Origin: Tolypothrix carrinoi HA7290-LM1
GTDB taxonomy: Bacteria > Cyanobacteriota > Cyanobacteriia > Cyanobacteriales > Nostocaceae
DNA length: 37,161 nucleotides
Assembly: GCA_019358935.1 (NCBI GenBank)
Contig: JAHHIK010000086.1
Coordinates: 1 to 37,161 of the forward strand
Reading direction: 5' to 3'
In this document: positions 34,477-37,161 of the stretch, in pieces
How the letters are laid out: the number at the start of each line of letters is the position of its first letter
Position numbering within the stretch: position 1 is the stretch's first letter
Program-made: the position numbers and the translations under genes
The notes under the pieces: generated by a model
The model's database searches: none
The model's input: only the letters and a program-made list of their open reading frames with translations
What the model was told of the DNA's origin: nothing

Positions 34477-34758
34477 TCAACAAGTATGAGGTAAGAAGGT
34501 TTGGAAGCTTTCAACAGCAGGCTTTTCGGCTTCAGCAACCAAGGTGTTTATTGCGAGTTGCATGAGTTTTAAGCGCTGATAGTCGCTTAAATCTTCGCAG
34601 TAATCCACCGCTTCAACTGGCAGCTCGTAAGTTAACTCTCCGTCGTCCGCTAGATAGCGAATGCTCTCTTCTGGCATCATCAAGGCTCGCGAGAGCAGTT
34701 CGATTAGGGAGAGCAAATCTTGATCGTCAAGGGTGTCTATTAGTTTTTCGTTATTCAT
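34477..34758 (-). CDS. Hypothetical acidic protein
   Basis: 93-aa ORF with GAGG upstream of ATG; internal pseudo-repeat LDDQDLLSLI / LSDYQRLKLM. Confidence 0.65.
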   Translation of the reverse strand: MNNEKLIDTLDDQDLLSLIELLSRALMMPEESIRYLADDGELTYELPVEAVDYCEDLSDYQRLKLMQLAINTLVAEAEKPAVESFQTFLPHTC

Positions 34759-35110
34759 TCCTCAAGGTGTTGGTTGGGGTTGTTCGGGCGCAAATCTCTT
34801 ACTTCAACTGCTGGTTTGAGCGCGTATTGCAAGCCTTGCGTTGCTTGTACCTGTCTTCCTAATTTTTCGGTAGCAAGAATCCGTTCTTTGCGGGTTGTTA
34901 GAGAATTTAAGCTCCTGGGAAAATTCTAGAGCGTCTCGATTTTATCGAGAACGCTTACCTCTGTTATGTTGATGGTCATCAACGCGATTTGGAAACTCGC
35001 TTGCTTGAAAGCAAGCAACAGAAAGAAGCCTTTAAAGCAGCAGTTCAGGAACTAAAGCAAGAGATATACGATTTAGTTTCCGATAGCGAGCAATCCAAAC
35101 AAAACGAATA

Positions 35111-35145
35111 GGCCGTCCCCGCCTTTTGCGGTAGGACGGCTTTTT
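35111..35145 (+). terminator. Rho-independent terminator
   Basis: GGCCGTCC-CCGC/GCGG-GGACGGCT hairpin followed by a T tract. Confidence 0.65.
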
Positions 35146-35230
35146 GATGGGTGCGGTCACTGTGAGGAGTGTGCGATCGCGCTCAATGACTAACGCCCAA
35201 TGACTAACGCCCATTTAACCAACCAAAATT

Positions 35231-35482
35231 ATGGAACCAAGCCAGGAGATAGCATTTTTTGAGGCTGCCAAAGTCAGCAAACTAGCCCAAGCAACTGAAG
35301 AAGCGGCACTTGAGCTAAGTGGATTCATCGACTTTGTTCAGCATCACAACCCGGAAGTCGATAAAGTCACCGCTACTCTGACTGCTGCATTTTGCTTGCA
35401 TTATCTGCGTACTGCTTTTCTAGAGGAACCAGAGATGATGCAGCAATTGAGGGTGATCGCACTTCGATTTTCTCAAGGATAA
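35231..35482 (+). CDS. Hypothetical helical protein
   Basis: 83-aa ATG ORF followed by an AAAAGCC...GGCTTTT hairpin. Confidence 0.65.
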   Translation: MEPSQEIAFFEAAKVSKLAQATEEAALELSGFIDFVQHHNPEVDKVTATLTAAFCLHYLRTAFLEEPEMMQQLRVIALRFSQG

Positions 35483-35611
35483 AAAATTAAAAAGCCCCCC
35501 AGAACTTTAGCAAAGACGGGCGGCTTTTATTAAGTTGATTGAACTACAGGTACTTACGTATCTGCTTAATCGGTTCACAAACCACTTTCAATCACGCTCT
35601 TAATCGCTCTT

Positions 35612-36060
35612 TTGACACTCTCCGCCCTAAAAGTGCGGAGATTCTTGCTTCATCCGTCCTCTCTAGATACCTAAATGCAGGCATTTAGACATCCCCGTTT
35701 GGATACGTCCACTCATAGTACACGGACTGCCCGACCGCGTTTGAAAAGGTTTATTCAATTTCTTGCTTTACTCCCACGTTTGTGAGCCACTGCGGTGAAG
35801 CAGTCCCCTCAGGAGCGGTTCCCGTCGATGGGGGACTGCTGAACCCGAAGGGTGGACGGGTTCCCCGGCATAAAGCAAGTGGCGTACAAGATTCAGGATT
35901 TTTACTACCAGGGTTCTGGATCAGGAGTTGTCCACTAGACCTACTTCGTTTTTTATGTGCGCTTTACCGCTATATTTCCATAGTCGCACAATACTGCGTT
36001 TTTGTCCCTAGTTTTTTAAAGTCGTCCTAGAAGGACGAGGCTTTAAACCCATTTTTTTCG
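35612..36060 (-). mobile_element. Non-autonomous IS200/IS605-family element (449 bp, no tnpA/tnpB)
   Basis: Minus strand: TTAC|CGAAAAAAATGGGTTTAAAGCCTCGTCCTTCTAGGACG left-end hairpin; right end GAAGCAAGAATCTCCGCACTTTTAGGGCGGAGAGTGTCAA ending in TCAA. Confidence 0.8.
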
Positions 36061-36122
36061 GTAAGAAGAATGCAAACTTCTGCAATCACGCACTTACCTT
36101 CTACAATCATGCACTTACAATT

Positions 36123-36674
36123 ATGCCATATTCTGCCAACAAAACTGTTTATAGTGTAACAGCTTGGACAAATAAACACGATGAATTCTGTCTAGAACAC
36201 GCTCTCACGCCATCCGCTAAACTCCTCTGGCAATGGCTTACATATGGCGGTGAAAACAAAGAATTAGAGCCTGACTTGCAAGATGAATTTAACAAGTGGG
36301 TAGCCGAGAAAAGGGGTAGACCTTACGACCCCAAGACAATAAAAACTGCCATCAAGCAATTAGATGACTGTGGTCTAGTCAATATAGTGCGTAAATTTAG
36401 TGTGAAAATATACATACTGTTTCTACGTCCCTTAGACTGGTTAACCCCCAGGAAAAAACCCCGATATTCAGAACAATTTTCCAATTTATCTACCTCAAAT
36501 GCTTGTGCAGCCGAAACGGGGGTTAACAACAACAACATTATTCTTTCTTCTGGTGATGGTGTTGAGGATAAGGAGTTGCAAAAACGGGCTGAGATAATCA
36601 GACTTTGCGAGCAGTACGGCTATAAAGATTATCCCAAGGCAATTTTTACTCTTTCAAACGCCAATACCTACTAA
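36123..36674 (+). CDS. Putative winged-helix DNA-binding protein of mobile-element type; C-terminus possibly truncated
   Basis: LTPSAKLLWQWL...YDPKTIKTAIKQLDDCGLV HTH-like pattern; last codons overlap the IS630 remnant. Confidence 0.6.
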   Translation: MPYSANKTVYSVTAWTNKHDEFCLEHALTPSAKLLWQWLTYGGENKELEPDLQDEFNKWVAEKRGRPYDPKTIKTAIKQLDDCGLVNIVRKFSVKIYILFLRPLDWLTPRKKPRYSEQFSNLSTSNACAAETGVNNNNIILSSGDGVEDKELQKRAEIIRLCEQYGYKDYPKAIFTLSNANTY

Positions 36675-37022
36675 CTCGTCTGCCAAAAGCTGCATTGTCC
36701 AACGAGTACGCCCCTCCAGAGGAGATGAACAAGCAGTAGCTATCAGAAATGCTTCTTGCTTACCATCGAGTTTGCGAGGCTTGGGTGGATGCGGCCTATC
36801 CTGAAGGGCAAAGTCTATGCCTCCAGTTACAAATTTCTGACGAGTGCGTTCGACAGTTGAGACGTTGACTTTAAGCGCTGAGGCGATCGCCTCATCTGTT
36901 TTAGCTTCACTTGCCCTTTCTGAGAATATAGGCGCGGGTGATTGTTCGCGCCTTACGCTTACCTGTTTTTATTAGCGACCGGAGTTGAGATTCCTCAACC
37001 TCACTCAAATCCACAATGTATT
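36654..37022 (-). pseudogene. IS630-family transposase N-terminal HTH fragment (frameshifted, truncated, intron-interrupted)
   Basis: YIVDLSEVEESQLRSLIKTGKRKARTITRAYIL, +1 frameshift near 36915, then ASEAKTDEAIASALKVNVSTVERTRQKF...LIATACSSPLEGRTRWTMQLLADELV. Confidence 0.85.
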
Positions 37023-37161
37023 GTTAGAGTCGATGGGTGGTATTATCCACCGCACCTCTCTGTTCGATCCGGACGTGCCCGTTTCCGTGCATCCGGCTCT
37101 CGATATTCTTAAGGGATAACCCTTTTGCCCATGTGTTGATAGTCGTGACAGGATTCGTGTA
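37023..37161 (-). mobile_element. 3' end of a group II intron (domains V and VI); the rest lies beyond the window
   Basis: DV GAGCCGGATGCACGGAAACGGGCACGTCCGGATC (37099-37066, AGC triad, GAAA loop); DVI with a bulged A before CTCTAAC; ends in AC. Confidence 0.92.
37109..37161 (-). CDS. C-terminus of the intron-encoded protein (HNH endonuclease tail), partial
   Basis: HESCHDYQHMGKRVIP* immediately upstream of domain V. Confidence 0.8.
   Translation of the reverse strand, partial: HESCHDYQHMGKRVIP

Noticed and set aside
35782..36030. 82-aa ORF inside the IS605-like element
   Set aside because: Antisense to the element, starts in the nested repeat, and has no HUH or RuvC motifs

Overview
Chromosomal window from a filamentous, probably heterocyst-forming cyanobacterium (Nostocales-like). 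This rests on about 40 HIP1 octamers (GCGATCGC, manual count), many 7-9-mer STRR tandem arrays, and the genes nblA and psbZ. The conserved backbone is GNAT, group-2 sigma factor (SigE-like), priA, kdpA-B-(F/G)-C-D(short), anmK, Ser/Thr kinase, nblA, PP2C, ABC1 kinase, a DHH-CBS tRNA nucleotidyltransferase, psbZ, ribH and tRNA-Gly(GCC). Three accessory patches are interspersed. (1) A decayed vWA(TerY)-PP2C-kinase triad whose kinase carries membrane helices, followed by an orphan barstar and a HicB-like/PIN toxin-antitoxin pair. (2) A CHAT-zinc ribbon-kinase gene split by a 155-bp MITE, plus hicBA. (3) A probable island after tRNA-Gly containing a gene-less IS200/IS605 element, an IS630 remnant and the 3' end of a group II intron inserted in that IS630 gene. 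The most unusual signal is a family of seven 45-nt inserted elements (ACG...CTC) that diverge in sequence but keep covarying stems and nest with a second 57-58-nt family. All family assignments come from motif recognition by eye; no database searches were run.
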